Below, piece after piece: positions 16,941 through 26,325 of a stretch of DNA of 64,000 nt. Source of the stretch: a bacterium (lineage in GTDB: Bacteria; Patescibacteriota; Minisyncoccia; Sungbacterales; SURF-37); the NCBI GenBank assembly GCA_030648055.1, contig JAUSHI010000009.1:112769-176768 (forward strand), given 5' to 3'. Below the pieces are notes generated by a model, which saw only the letters and a list, made by a program, of their open reading frames with translations, was not told the origin of the DNA and made no database searches. Position 1 is the stretch's first letter. The number at the start of each line of letters is the position of its first letter. Position numbers and translations under genes: made by a program.

Positions 16941-17603
16941 ATGGCGGAAAGTTTTGGAAAAAACGAGGGAGGTCAGGTTTTTGAACATCGCGATATCGCG
17001 AATGAAAAAAGACCCAAACTTTCACCCGCGGTTTATGAACGCGTCCGGGCGAGATTTTTTTATGATTTGATGGAAGAAACCTTTAGGAATTATGATACGG
17101 CAAAAAAAGAACGCCCGGGGGCAGAAAAATCCCCCGTCAGAAATATAGGATTCTTTTTTAAAAAATCCTGGGACAATTTCACCGAGCCCCTGATTGAATA
17201 CGAAGATATGCTTGCCGATATTATGGCCAAGAAGTGGGAGTCAAACGGGGCGAAAAGCCGGGCGCTTAACGAGTTGGAAGAGCGGAGGAAAAAAAGTTTA
17301 GGCGGAGTAACGTTATTGGTGCCGGATTTTTTGTTTAATGAAAAGGAAAAACAGAAAAAAATTCTCGCAAAAATATATGAAGGTTATGCCGGTTTTATAG
17401 AGACAGATGAAAATAAACTAGACTATATCGCCGATGATGTTGGAAAGGGTTTTGGGAGCATTTTGCAACGTTTTTTGCGGACAGTGGATGATTATGAGGT
17501 ACGCATATTAGTAGAAAGGCGGCAGAAGAAGAAAATGCGGAAGAAAATAGGGTCGTTTGCTGAAGATGTCGTGTTGCCGGATGCCCCAGATGAGGATGTG
17601 TAG
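16941..17603 (+). CDS. Hypothetical protein
   Basis: ATG 16941 lies 5 nt after the upstream stop (operonic). 220 aa, Lys/Glu-rich, no motif recognised. Confidence 0.5.
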   Translation: MAESFGKNEGGQVFEHRDIANEKRPKLSPAVYERVRARFFYDLMEETFRNYDTAKKERPGAEKSPVRNIGFFFKKSWDNFTEPLIEYEDMLADIMAKKWESNGAKSRALNELEERRKKSLGGVTLLVPDFLFNEKEKQKKILAKIYEGYAGFIETDENKLDYIADDVGKGFGSILQRFLRTVDDYEVRILVERRQKKKMRKKIGSFAEDVVLPDAPDEDV

Positions 17604-17619
17604 CTTGCGAAGGGAGGGG

Positions 17620-17649
17620 TTGACGGATTGGTATGCTTTTTGCTACTAT
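17620..17649 (+). promoter_or_regulatory. Candidate promoter for tuf (TTGACG-18-TACTAT)
   Basis: Shares the TGCTACTAT -10 context with the rpsL promoter. ~115 nt upstream of the tuf ATG. Confidence 0.35.
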
Positions 17650-17768
17650 TCGTTCTGTTGCGTAAATAGCAATATATATAAGGTTTTTCAATAAATCGCT
17701 AACCCTTCAGGGTTTTTATTGTCCAAGCTTGGGCCTGAATTACCTGGGGATAGCAATAATAAAAGGAT

Positions 17769-18962
17769 ATGGCAGAAAAATTTGAGCGGACAAAACCGCA
17801 TTTAAACGTAGGTACTATTGGGCACGTTGACCACGGTAAGACTACTCTTACCGCGGCCATCACTAAAGTTTTAAGTTTGGCCGGATTTAAGTCGCGGGTG
17901 GAATCAGTTGACCAGATTGACAACGCGCCGGAAGAGAAAGCGCGCGGTATTACCATTGCCCTTCACCATTCGGAGTATGAAACAGCGAAGCGCCACTACG
18001 CGCATATTGATGCTCCGGGACACGCCGACTACATTAAGAACATGATTACGGGGGCCGCTCAGATGGACGGCGCAATTTTGGTGGTTTCAGCCGTTGACGG
18101 CCCGATGCCTCAGACCAGAGAACACATACTTCTCGCGCACCAAGTAGGCGTTCCGACAATTATAGTATTTCTCAATAAGGTTGATATGGTTGAGGACAAA
18201 GAAATGATTGACTTAGTTGAGGCTGAAATTCGCGAGCTTTTGAAAAAATATGAATTCCCCGGAGACCAGGTTCCAGTTATTCGCGGTTCAGCCCTTAAAG
18301 CGCTTGAAGCGAAATCGGTTGATGATGAATGGGCAAAACCAATTATGGAACTTGCCAATGCGCTAGACGCATATATTCCTGATCCGGTTCGTGATACGGA
18401 AAAACCGTTTCTTATGCCCGTTGAAGATGTATTTTCAATTGAAGGCCGTGGCACTGTTGTAACTGGCCGAATTGAACGGGGCAAGGTTAAACTTAACGAA
18501 GAAATAGAAATAGTCGGTATGCGCCCGACGGTAAAGACGATTGTAACCGGCATTGAAATGTTCAATAAATCCCTTGATGAAGGTATGGCTGGAGACAACG
18601 CCGGGCTTCTTTTGCGCGGACTGAAGAAAGAAGATGTAGAACGCGGGCAGGTGCTGGCTAAACCGGCTTCAGTTACTCCTCACACTGAATTTGACGCGGA
18701 AATATACATCTTGTCCAAGGAAGAAGGAGGCCGCCATACGCCGTTTTTCGCTGGATACAAGCCGCAATTCTACATCAGAACTACCGACGTAACCGGTGAG
18801 GTTACTCTTCCGACAGGAACCGAAATGGTTATGCCCGGTGATACGGTTAAACTCGGAATTAAACTTATTGTTCCGGTAGCCTTGGAAGAAAAACAGCGTT
18901 TTGCGATCCGCGAGGGAGGCAAGACCGTTGGCGCGGGTGTTGTAACAAAGATTAACAAGTAA
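17769..18962 (+). CDS. tuf: Elongation factor Tu
   Basis: 397 aa. [18 protein letters not shown] motifs. Confidence 0.97.
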   Translation: MAEKFERTKPHLNVGTIGHVDHGKTTLTAAITKVLSLAGFKSRVESVDQIDNAPEEKARGITIALHHSEYETAKRHYAHIDAPGHADYIKNMITGAAQMDGAILVVSAVDGPMPQTREHILLAHQVGVPTIIVFLNKVDMVEDKEMIDLVEAEIRELLKKYEFPGDQVPVIRGSALKALEAKSVDDEWAKPIMELANALDAYIPDPVRDTEKPFLMPVEDVFSIEGRGTVVTGRIERGKVKLNEEIEIVGMRPTVKTIVTGIEMFNKSLDEGMAGDNAGLLLRGLKKEDVERGQVLAKPASVTPHTEFDAEIYILSKEEGGRHTPFFAGYKPQFYIRTTDVTGEVTLPTGTEMVMPGDTVKLGIKLIVPVALEEKQRFAIREGGKTVGAGVVTKINK

Positions 18963-18996
18963 GGAAGGAAGATATTGATCTGCTCTTTTTAAACCC

Positions 18997-19344
18997 ATGG
19001 CTACCAAGACCACCAAGACAAAACCAGTACAAGCAGAAGCAACGCAACGGCTTCGCATCAAAGTCCGCGCTTACGACAATAAAATTATTGATTCGTCGGT
19101 AAAGCAGATTGTTGATACTGCCCGTCGTTTTGGAGCTGAAGTCGTAGGACCGGTTCCGCTTCCCACTGAAATTCATAAGTACACCGTTAACCGCTCCTCA
19201 TTCGTGCATAAAAACGCGCGCGAACAATACGAGATGCGCGTACACAAAAGATTAATTGACATCAATAACCCGACTCCAAAAACGATTGACGCGCTGATGA
19301 ATCTGAATCTTCCGGCCGGAGTGGATATAGAAGTTAAGTTATAG
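18997..19344 (+). CDS. rpsJ: 30S ribosomal protein S10 (with a short N-terminal extension)
   Basis: [24 protein letters not shown] pattern. Confidence 0.95.
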   Translation: MATKTTKTKPVQAEATQRLRIKVRAYDNKIIDSSVKQIVDTARRFGAEVVGPVPLPTEIHKYTVNRSSFVHKNAREQYEMRVHKRLIDINNPTPKTIDALMNLNLPAGVDIEVKL

Positions 19345-19360
19345 TAAATAGAGATAAATT

Positions 19361-19693
19361 ATGAGAGAAGGTGCACCAGAAATAGAAAAAGGGGATTCCG
19401 TGGTAGAGCAACCAGAGCGTCCGACAAGAGAAAAGTTAGAGCAAGAAGCAGAATCTGTTTGGAAAAGTCACGAGCCCATGGCGGAAACCTTCCGAGAGAT
19501 AGCGGGCCAAACCAGCGTTGATCGTAAGATGAACGAATATGTTGACACGGCTATACGAGATTTACGTAATACAGCAAAAGAGCCAAACCATTATAAAAAT
19601 CCAGATAGCGTAGCCAAGAGCTATCCTGGTTGGGAAGCGGAAGATTTTGAAGACCTTGCCAAGATATTAGAAGCAAAGAAAATAGATATGTAA
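19361..19693 (+). CDS. Hypothetical acidic protein inserted between rpsJ and rplC
   Basis: 110 aa ORF starting 17 nt after the rpsJ stop. No motif recognised. Confidence 0.45.
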   Translation: MREGAPEIEKGDSVVEQPERPTREKLEQEAESVWKSHEPMAETFREIAGQTSVDRKMNEYVDTAIRDLRNTAKEPNHYKNPDSVAKSYPGWEAEDFEDLAKILEAKKIDM

Positions 19694-19877
19694 ATCAAAC
19701 TTTAATCATTGAGCAGTTCTCCGCGAGGCGACTCGCGGGGAGAACTGAGTGATTAAGTGATTTGGCGAGCCCATCAGCGCGCCGAAAAATCGCTCAACTC
19801 GGTTGTCTGAGTATGAAAATTAATATTTTTATTTTCACTTAAGAGTTTTAAGGAATAACTCCCGAGGTTTTTAGATA

Positions 19878-19901
19878 GGCCGGGTTTGTTCCCGGTTTTT
19901 T
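19878..19901 (+). terminator. Weak terminator-like hairpin inside the S10 operon spacer
   Basis: CCGGG-tttgtt-CCCGG followed by TTTTTT. Confidence 0.4.
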
Positions 19902-20105
19902 CAATGTTTATCTGCGAATGCAAGCCGGAAGGCGCAGCATGAGCAGGTATAAACATTGAACCCGCCGAAGCTCCGCAAGGAGCGAAGGTGGGTGGTAATT
20001 ATTGGTGTCCGCCTTCGCTTCCGCCATCGCTAAAGCTATGGCGGACAAGAAAGCTACGGCGGATGCTCATATTCGTAGCTACTCGCTACGCTCGCAGACG
20101 AAATT

Positions 20106-20711
20106 ATGGCAAAGTTCATCGTCGGTAAAAAAATAGGTATGTCCCAGATTTTTGATAAAGAACGGAAGGTCATTCCGGTGACTATTATTTATGCCCCCGC
20201 CGTAACCGCTGTTCAGGTTAAAACAGAAGAGAAAGACGGATACGGCGCGGTTCAATTCGGGGCGGGAACAAGAAAAGAGAAAAACATAAAGAAACCCCAG
20301 AGAGGGCACATGAAAGATTTAGAATTTTTTGAAGTCTTGAAAGAAGCGAAAGGTTTTGGCGGGGTGGAGAGAGGCGCGAAAATTGATGTAACGCAGTTTC
20401 AGGAAGGTGATAAAGTAATGCTTTCGGGCGTTTCAAAAGCAAAAGGATTTCAGGGCGTGGTTAAGCGGCACGGCTTTCACGGAGCGCCGGCAACGCACGG
20501 TACTAAGCACGCTCATCGCGAACCGGGTTCCATCGGACCGACTTGGCCACAAAGAGTGCTTAAAGGAAGAAGAATGGCCGGGCGAATGGGTGGCGATAGA
20601 ATTACACTGAAGACCGCGAAAATCGCGAAGGTGGACGCCGAAAATAATATTTTAGCGATTAAAGGGCCGGTGCCGGGAAGAAGAGGAACGCTGATAGAAA
20701 TCAGAGGATAA
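20106..20711 (+). CDS. rplC: 50S ribosomal protein L3
   Basis: 201 aa. GKKIGMSQIF..FQGVVKRHGF..GS pattern. Confidence 0.95.
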   Translation: MAKFIVGKKIGMSQIFDKERKVIPVTIIYAPAVTAVQVKTEEKDGYGAVQFGAGTRKEKNIKKPQRGHMKDLEFFEVLKEAKGFGGVERGAKIDVTQFQEGDKVMLSGVSKAKGFQGVVKRHGFHGAPATHGTKHAHREPGSIGPTWPQRVLKGRRMAGRMGGDRITLKTAKIAKVDAENNILAIKGPVPGRRGTLIEIRG

Positions 20712-20825
20712 ATCAATTACGCCATAGGCGGAATTGGTCGCCCGGACACTCGTGTTATTGAGTGTCTGATGGATTAAAAAGGCCCTCGGAGCGAGGGCGA
20801 TAATGGATGATGAGTGAGAGCTATG

Positions 20826-21134
20826 CTATGAAGAATTTTTTCTAGGAAAGAGCCGCATAAGCGTGAAGAAAGTAATAAGGTAGGAAAGCAACCATGTGGC
20901 TAAAGCCGTGAGTCCAGTAACAATCGGAGCTGAGAATGGGGAAGTGAACTTGATTCCAAGTAAGCCGAGTAGTAGTTTACAGAAAATATCAGCGCAATAT
21001 AGTGCAAGGAGAAGAACCAGAAAGCGCTTAAGTTTCGTAGACCAGAGGGTAGCGTTTCCATGGCGGTAGTAAAAAAAGTATAAGGTAGTTCCGTAAACAA
21101 CGCCGTAGATCAACTCCTGTGTGGTGAGCGCCAT
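20826..21134 (-). CDS. Small 3-TM membrane protein, antisense, between rplC and rplD
   Basis: ATG 21134 (M27 of the track ORF) follows AAGGGGGAA. 102 aa, hydrophobic. Confidence 0.55.
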   Translation of the reverse strand: MALTTQELIYGVVYGTTLYFFYYRHGNATLWSTKLKRFLVLLLALYCADIFCKLLLGLLGIKFTSPFSAPIVTGLTALATWLLSYLITFFTLMRLFPRKNSS

Positions 21135-21188
21135 TGTTCCCCCTTGGATTGTCAACGAACAGCAGTTTAATATGTAGCAGAAATAAAA

Positions 21189-21848
21189 ATGAATGTCAAG
21201 ACATACAATCAAAAAGGCGAAGAGGTGGGGATGGTAGAATTACCGGATTCTATTTTTGCGTTGAAATGGAACGCCGATTTGGTGCATCAGGTTGCCGTCT
21301 CGCAAGAGGCCAACAAAAGGCAGAATGTCGCGCACGCCAAAGGACGGAGCGAGGTCAGGGGTGGAGGCAGAAAGCCATGGCGCCAGAAAGGCACGGGCAG
21401 GTCCCGCCACGGTTCCATTCGCTCGCCTTTGTGGAAAGGAGGCGGAGTAACACACGGACCTTTGAAAGAAAAAGTTTACAAAAAGAAGATAAATAAAAAA
21501 ATGGCTGCCAAAGCGCTTGCCATCGTGCTTTCTGCAAAAATGAAAGACAGCGAGCTTTTGATTCTTGACGGCGTTAATCTTTTAGCACCCAAAACAAAAG
21601 AGGCAAAAATGATTTTAAATAATATTTCAAAAATTTCCGGATACGCCGGTCTTAGTTCCAAAAGCGTGATTATGGGAATCGCCGAGCACGAGGCCGGAGT
21701 AATCCGCGCTTTTCGAAATTTGCCGAATTTTGACACCGAAGAGGCCAGAAACATTACCTGCCTGGATCTTCTCGCGCACAAATTCATAATTTTACCGAAA
21801 GAAGCGTTAGAAGTTTTTAAAAAACGGTTAGCGAAGCAGTATGTTTAA
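21189..21848 (+). CDS. rplD: 50S ribosomal protein L4
   Basis: 219 aa. RGGGRKPWRQKGTGRSRHGS motif. Confidence 0.95.
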   Translation: MNVKTYNQKGEEVGMVELPDSIFALKWNADLVHQVAVSQEANKRQNVAHAKGRSEVRGGGRKPWRQKGTGRSRHGSIRSPLWKGGGVTHGPLKEKVYKKKINKKMAAKALAIVLSAKMKDSELLILDGVNLLAPKTKEAKMILNNISKISGYAGLSSKSVIMGIAEHEAGVIRAFRNLPNFDTEEARNITCLDLLAHKFIILPKEALEVFKKRLAKQYV

Positions 21849-22236
21849 TCTTTTCAAAAAAGAAAGCGATAAGCCCGCCGTAAAACCAAATCCAAAACCT
21901 CGCGTAAAAGAGGAGGCGAAAGAAGTTGCGGTAAAAGTAGCTCCGAAAACGGTCTTCGGCAAATATCCGCTTGGTATTTTGATTGCTCCGCGAATAACCG
22001 AAAAAGCGACCATGTTACAGAGCAACAATCAATATGTTTTTGAAGTTTCGGATAATGCCAACGCCAGTTTGATTAGGAGAGCCGTTGAGGGCAAATACGG
22101 AGTTCGTGTTCGCGGGGTAAATGTTTTGAATCAGCCCGGAAAAAAAGTCAAAACTGGCCGCCGTGAAGGATGGAGCAAGGGCTTTAAAAAGGCGATTGTT
22201 TCTCTGGAAAAAGGCCAGACCATAGATTTTACGTAA
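21841..22236 (+). CDS. rplW: 50S ribosomal protein L23 (Lys/Pro-rich N-terminal extension)
   Basis: ITEKATML..YVFEV..NA.K..I..AVE pattern. Overlaps the rplD end. Confidence 0.9.
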   Translation: MFNLFKKESDKPAVKPNPKPRVKEEAKEVAVKVAPKTVFGKYPLGILIAPRITEKATMLQSNNQYVFEVSDNANASLIRRAVEGKYGVRVRGVNVLNQPGKKVKTGRREGWSKGFKKAIVSLEKGQTIDFT

Positions 22237-22436
22237 AGGGCTTTGTCTGCGAGGTGGGCGTACATACGCGAAGCCGAGCAGGAACAAAACCTTTACCCAG
22301 CCCTTTATGCGGTAAAACCAATCTAAAATTAAAATGGAAAAAGCGGCAACATTCAAATTAAAATCAAATCCAGACAGCTTAAAGGGCTGGGTGCTGAATT
22401 TTATATTTACTCATTACATTCGTAAGTAAAATTCGC
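22237..22436 (+). repeat. Family A structured element, copy A1 (L23|L2 junction)
   Basis: Conserved blocks TAAAGGGCTTTGTC, ACAAAACCTTTACCCAGCCCTTTATGC, GCTTAAAGGGCTGGGTGCTGAATTTTATA, TAAAATTCGC-ATG. Contains a 31-codon mini-ORF at 22334..22429. Confidence 0.85.
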
Positions 22437-23255
22437 ATGAAGAAATATAACCCAACAACGCCGTCGCGGAGAAGTATGGAAAAAATAGATTTTCGCTTTT
22501 CTTCAGATGGGCCTTATAAAAAACTTACCTGCGGCCGTAAAAGGGATGTTGGCAGGAATAATCAGGGGCGCATTACGACCAGGCATAAGGGTGGCGGAGT
22601 CAAGCGGCTTTGGCGCGAGATTGATTTTTTGTATAACAAGAAAAATATTATGGCAACGGTTGAAACCGTAGAGTACGACCCGAATCGCACAAGTTTTATT
22701 GCGCGAGTTCTTTATAAAGACGGTGAGCGCCGATATGTTCTTGCTCCTGCCGGCTTTAAAGAAGGAAGCACTTTTGTTGTTTCTGAAAAAGCTCCGTTGG
22801 AGGCAGGCAACCGTTTGCCGCTTAAAAATATTCCCGTTGGAACACCTGTTTTTAATATTGAATTAAATTTAGGTAATGGAGCCGTGCTCGTTCGTTCAGC
22901 CGGCACTTCCGCGCAGATTCTTGCCGAGGAGGGTGGATATACCCAGCTTAAAATGCCTTCGGGCGAGATAAGGAAAGTGCATTCATCCAATTGGGCGACC
23001 ATTGGAAACGCATCCAACCCTGAAAGGAGTCTTATGGTTTTCGGAAACGCCGGAAGGATGAGGCGCTTGGGCGTCCGTCCGACTGTCCGAGGTTCTGTCA
23101 TGAACCCGAGAGATCATCCGTACGGCGGAGGCGAAGGTAAGCAGGTTAGGGGCACAAAGCGCCCGAAGACCATGTGGGGTAAAATCGGCAGAGGTGTTAA
23201 GACGCGAAGAAATAAGAAAACCAACGTATTTATTCTTAAGAGGAGAAGTAAATAA
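22437..23255 (+). CDS. rplB: 50S ribosomal protein L2
   Basis: 272 aa. GRNNQGRITTRHKGGG..MNPRDHPYGGGEG motifs. Confidence 0.97.
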   Translation: MKKYNPTTPSRRSMEKIDFRFSSDGPYKKLTCGRKRDVGRNNQGRITTRHKGGGVKRLWREIDFLYNKKNIMATVETVEYDPNRTSFIARVLYKDGERRYVLAPAGFKEGSTFVVSEKAPLEAGNRLPLKNIPVGTPVFNIELNLGNGAVLVRSAGTSAQILAEEGGYTQLKMPSGEIRKVHSSNWATIGNASNPERSLMVFGNAGRMRRLGVRPTVRGSVMNPRDHPYGGGEGKQVRGTKRPKTMWGKIGRGVKTRRNKKTNVFILKRRSK

Positions 23256-23262
23256 AATTAAC

Positions 23263-23598
23263 ATGTCCAGATCACTTAAAAAAGGTCCATATATCCATCC
23301 GTCAATTATTAGAAAGCTTGCCAAACTTAGGCCTGGAGCCACCGCGGTTATTAAGACATGGGCGCGGAATTCGGTCATTACTCCGGAGATGATCGGCATC
23401 ACTTTTCAGGTGCATAACGGCAGGATATTTATTGACGTGAAAGCGCGCGAGGAAATGGTTGGGCATCGCCTCGGCGAATTCTCGCTGACGCGCAAGTTTG
23501 TAAGGCACGGAGGACGAATGCAAAAAGAACTTGAGATAAAAGCCGCGGAAGGCGAGAAGGTCAAAGCCGCCGCTCCCGAAGTTAAGCCGGCTAAATAA
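23263..23598 (+). CDS. rpsS: 30S ribosomal protein S19 (C-terminal extension)
   Basis: MSRSLKKGPYI.. start at 23263 (M24 of the track ORF); GHRLGEF motif. Confidence 0.95.
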   Translation: MSRSLKKGPYIHPSIIRKLAKLRPGATAVIKTWARNSVITPEMIGITFQVHNGRIFIDVKAREEMVGHRLGEFSLTRKFVRHGGRMQKELEIKAAEGEKVKAAAPEVKPAK

Positions 23599-23609
23599 TA
23601 AAAATAATT

Positions 23610-24128
23610 ATGGAAATTACCGCAAAATTGAATAACTTGCGACTCGCGCCACGGAAGGTACGGCTTGCGGCTGATTTGATTCGCGGAAAAAAAGTTGGAG
23701 AAGCCGAACGCGAATTGAAGTTTTTGATAAAGCGCGCCTCATTGCCGTTAATCAAGCTTTTGAAATCCGCGGTCGCAAATGCTACAAATAATTTTAATCT
23801 TATCAAAGACAATTTGTATATTTCAAAAATAACCGTTGATGGCGGTACTCCGTTAAAAAGGTCCCGCCCGAGAGCTTTTGGGCGCGCTTTTCCGATACGA
23901 AAGCGAACCAGCCACATAACGCTTGTTTTAGGCGAGATTAAAGGTAGTACGGCGCGACGGAAAGCTGGCGGCAAGAAAGGCGGACCGGTCGTGGCCGAAG
24001 AGGGCGAAATTCGCGAAGAGAATGAGGATAAAAAGCGGTTCGGAAAAGAATCGCGCAGTGGCAAAACTGGAGACATAAAAAGATCGTCCAATGTTATCCG
24101 TAAAGTATTTCAACGCAAAGTCATATGA
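23610..24128 (+). CDS. rplV: 50S ribosomal protein L22 (long basic/acidic C-terminal tail)
   Basis: LRLAPRKVRLAADLIRGK..GTPLKRSRPRAFGRA pattern. Confidence 0.95.
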   Translation: MEITAKLNNLRLAPRKVRLAADLIRGKKVGEAERELKFLIKRASLPLIKLLKSAVANATNNFNLIKDNLYISKITVDGGTPLKRSRPRAFGRAFPIRKRTSHITLVLGEIKGSTARRKAGGKKGGPVVAEEGEIREENEDKKRFGKESRSGKTGDIKRSSNVIRKVFQRKVI

Positions 24129-24829
24129 CCCATAGAGTTCACCCATTTATTTTTAGGTTAGGCGAAACAACGACATGGCGGTCGCGTTGGTTTAACCGTA
24201 AAAATTATCAGGAGTACCTCCGCGAAGACACTCTTTTGAGGGAGTGGCTTGAAAAACTTCTTCGTTCCGCTCATGTTTCGGTTATTGAAATAGAGCGCTC
24301 GCCGAATATTTTAAATATTATTTTAAAGACAAGCAGGCCCGGTATTTTGCTTGGCCGCGGTGGAGAGGGCATTACCAAGCTTAAGAAAGATATTGAGAAA
24401 AGGATTATTAAATTATGGAAAAGGCGGCCTCTTGCTAAAGCCAAGTTGGGAAAGCGCGAGATTAAAGTGACTGTTGAGGAAATAAAATCTCCCGAGACCG
24501 ACGCCTCGATTGTCGCGCAAATGATGGTTGAAGACATTGAAAAACGTTTTCCTTTCAGGCGCATTTTGAAGCAGACCATTGAAAAAGTCATGTCCCATAA
24601 AGAGGCCAAGGGCGTAAAACTTTCGTTGTCTGGCAGGCTTGATGGCTCTGAAATGGCGCGCTACGAATGGCTGAAAAAGGGGAGAGTGCCTTTGCAGACA
24701 TTGCGGGCCGATATTGATTATGCACAAAAAAACGCGTATACAACATACGGTGTTATCGGGGTTAAGGTCTGGATTTATAAGGGTGATATTTTTAAGAAAA
24801 AGGGTGAGGAGATAAAGACGAACCAATAG
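24125..24829 (+). CDS. rpsC: 30S ribosomal protein S3
   Basis: 234 aa. KH domain GILLGRGGEGI, plus GRLDGSEMAR. Confidence 0.96.
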   Translation: MTHRVHPFIFRLGETTTWRSRWFNRKNYQEYLREDTLLREWLEKLLRSAHVSVIEIERSPNILNIILKTSRPGILLGRGGEGITKLKKDIEKRIIKLWKRRPLAKAKLGKREIKVTVEEIKSPETDASIVAQMMVEDIEKRFPFRRILKQTIEKVMSHKEAKGVKLSLSGRLDGSEMARYEWLKKGRVPLQTLRADIDYAQKNAYTTYGVIGVKVWIYKGDIFKKKGEEIKTNQ

Positions 24830-24844
24830 TAATTTTGAATAGTT

Positions 24845-25249
24845 ATGTTGCAACCCAAAAAAGTAAAACATAGAAAATGGCATAAGGGCGTTTCCGGCGG
24901 ATGGGAAACTCGAGGAACCGAGCTTGCTTTCGGCTCTTTTGGCTTGAAAGCTTTGGAACCGGCTTGGATTACCGCACGCCAAATTGAAGCGTCACGCCGG
25001 GCCATCACGGGTTACATTGAAAGAGGCGGCAAGATATGGATAAGGATTTTTCCTGATAAACCCGTGACCAAAAAACCGCCCGAGGTGACTCTTGGAGGCG
25101 GAAAGGGCGCGGTTGATCATTATGTTGCACCCATTAAGCCCGGAAGAATAATATTTGAGATGGACGGTGTTTCTGAGGAAGTTGCGCGGGAGGCGTTGAG
25201 ATTGGCCGGACATAAATTGCCTGTTAAAACAATTTTTGTTAAAAAATGA
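24845..25249 (+). CDS. rplP: 50S ribosomal protein L16
   Basis: [21 protein letters not shown] pattern. Confidence 0.96.
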   Translation: MLQPKKVKHRKWHKGVSGGWETRGTELAFGSFGLKALEPAWITARQIEASRRAITGYIERGGKIWIRIFPDKPVTKKPPEVTLGGGKGAVDHYVAPIKPGRIIFEMDGVSEEVAREALRLAGHKLPVKTIFVKK

Positions 25250-25250
25250 C

Positions 25251-25442
25251 ATGAAAACGAAAGAACTCCGTCAAAAATTGCCCCGGGATTTGGAAGAATT
25301 ATTGCAAGAAAAAAAGAAGCGATATGACTACGTTGTGGAAGCTTTGCGTGAAAAAAAGCAAAAAAACGTTAAAGAGCTTCGGGGAATTAAAAAAGATGTC
25401 GCTAGGATTTTAACGATTATGCGTGAGACGAAGAAGGGATAA
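25251..25442 (+). CDS. rpmC: 50S ribosomal protein L29
   Basis: MKTKELRQK.. start at 25251, directly after the rplP stop. Confidence 0.9.
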   Translation: MKTKELRQKLPRDLEELLQEKKKRYDYVVEALREKKQKNVKELRGIKKDVARILTIMRETKKG

Positions 25443-25452
25443 ATAAAAAAAT

Positions 25453-25755
25453 ATGGATACACCGGTAAAAAAACGAAAATTGAAAGGAACAGTGGTTTCC
25501 AATAAGATGGCCAAGACCGTCGTTGTTAAAATTGGTTTTTTGAAGAAGCACCCGAAATATGGAAAATATTTTAAAAGGTCTACCCGTCTGAAGGCTCACG
25601 CGGAAAACTCCAAAGATTACGGAGTTGGAGACTTGGTTATGATAGAGGAGACCCGCCCGTTATCAAAAGAAAAACGCTGGAAAGTAATTCAATTAATAAC
25701 TCCCGCCAAAAAAGAAACGTCCGACGAGGAGCAGGAAGAAAAAGAAGAAAAATAG
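25453..25755 (+). CDS. rpsQ: 30S ribosomal protein S17 (acidic C-terminal tail)
   Basis: [36 protein letters not shown] pattern. Confidence 0.95.
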   Translation: MDTPVKKRKLKGTVVSNKMAKTVVVKIGFLKKHPKYGKYFKRSTRLKAHAENSKDYGVGDLVMIEETRPLSKEKRWKVIQLITPAKKETSDEEQEEKEEK

Positions 25756-25757
25756 CC

Positions 25758-26123
25758 ATGATTCAAACGCGTTCAATGTTAAAAGTTGCCGATAATTCTG
25801 GAGCCAAACTTGTTCAGGTGATAAAAGTTTTGGGCGGCTCACGGAGGAGATACGCCGGGCTCGGTGATATTGTTGTTGTTTCAGTTAAAATTTCCGAACC
25901 GCGCAAACTCGTCAAGAAAAAGGACGTAGTTAGGGCGGTAATTGTTCGCCAACGCGCGCCTTTCAGGCGCAAAGATGGCAGCTATATTCGTTTTGACGAC
26001 AATGCTGTGGTTATTGTTGATGGGCAAGAGCCGAAAGGCGGGCGCATTTTTGGCCCCGTAGCAAGAGAACTTCGTGAACGGGGATTTGCTAAAATTATTT
26101 CACTGGCTCCGGAGGTTGTTTAA
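25758..26123 (+). CDS. rplN: 50S ribosomal protein L14
   Basis: [17 protein letters not shown] start, 121 aa. Confidence 0.97.
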   Translation: MIQTRSMLKVADNSGAKLVQVIKVLGGSRRRYAGLGDIVVVSVKISEPRKLVKKKDVVRAVIVRQRAPFRRKDGSYIRFDDNAVVIVDGQEPKGGRIFGPVARELRERGFAKIISLAPEVV

Positions 26124-26325
26124 AGGGCTTTGTCCGCTGTTTGGAGCCGCAAGCGAACAAACAGCGGTTACAAAACCTTTACCCAGCCCTCTATGCTGTT
26201 TGATTACGAGACGCAATAATTTATGAAGAAAAAACTTGTAAAAAGTAATAAACGAAATTCGGGCGGCTTAGAGGGCTGGGTGCTGAATTTTATAGTTATT
26301 CGCTTTGCTCATAAATAAAATTCGC
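26124..26325 (+). repeat. Family A structured element, copy A2 (L14|L24 junction)
   Basis: Same block order as A1. 10-bp hairpin CCGCTGTTTG/CAAACAGCGG. ACCCAGCCCTCTA pairs with TAGAGGGCTGGGT. Mini-ORF at 26223..26318. Confidence 0.85.

Noticed and set aside
19774-19956. 60-aa minus-strand ORF in the rpsJ-rplC spacer
   Set aside because: No RBS. Overlaps hairpins and a terminator-like structure. Minimal length in an otherwise non-coding structured region.
23591-24091. Antisense ORFs inside the ribosomal operon (for example 23591..24091, 24413..24982, 27703..28014, 29848..30267)
   Set aside because: Each fully overlaps a well-supported r-protein or secY gene on the plus strand and has a low-complexity translation.
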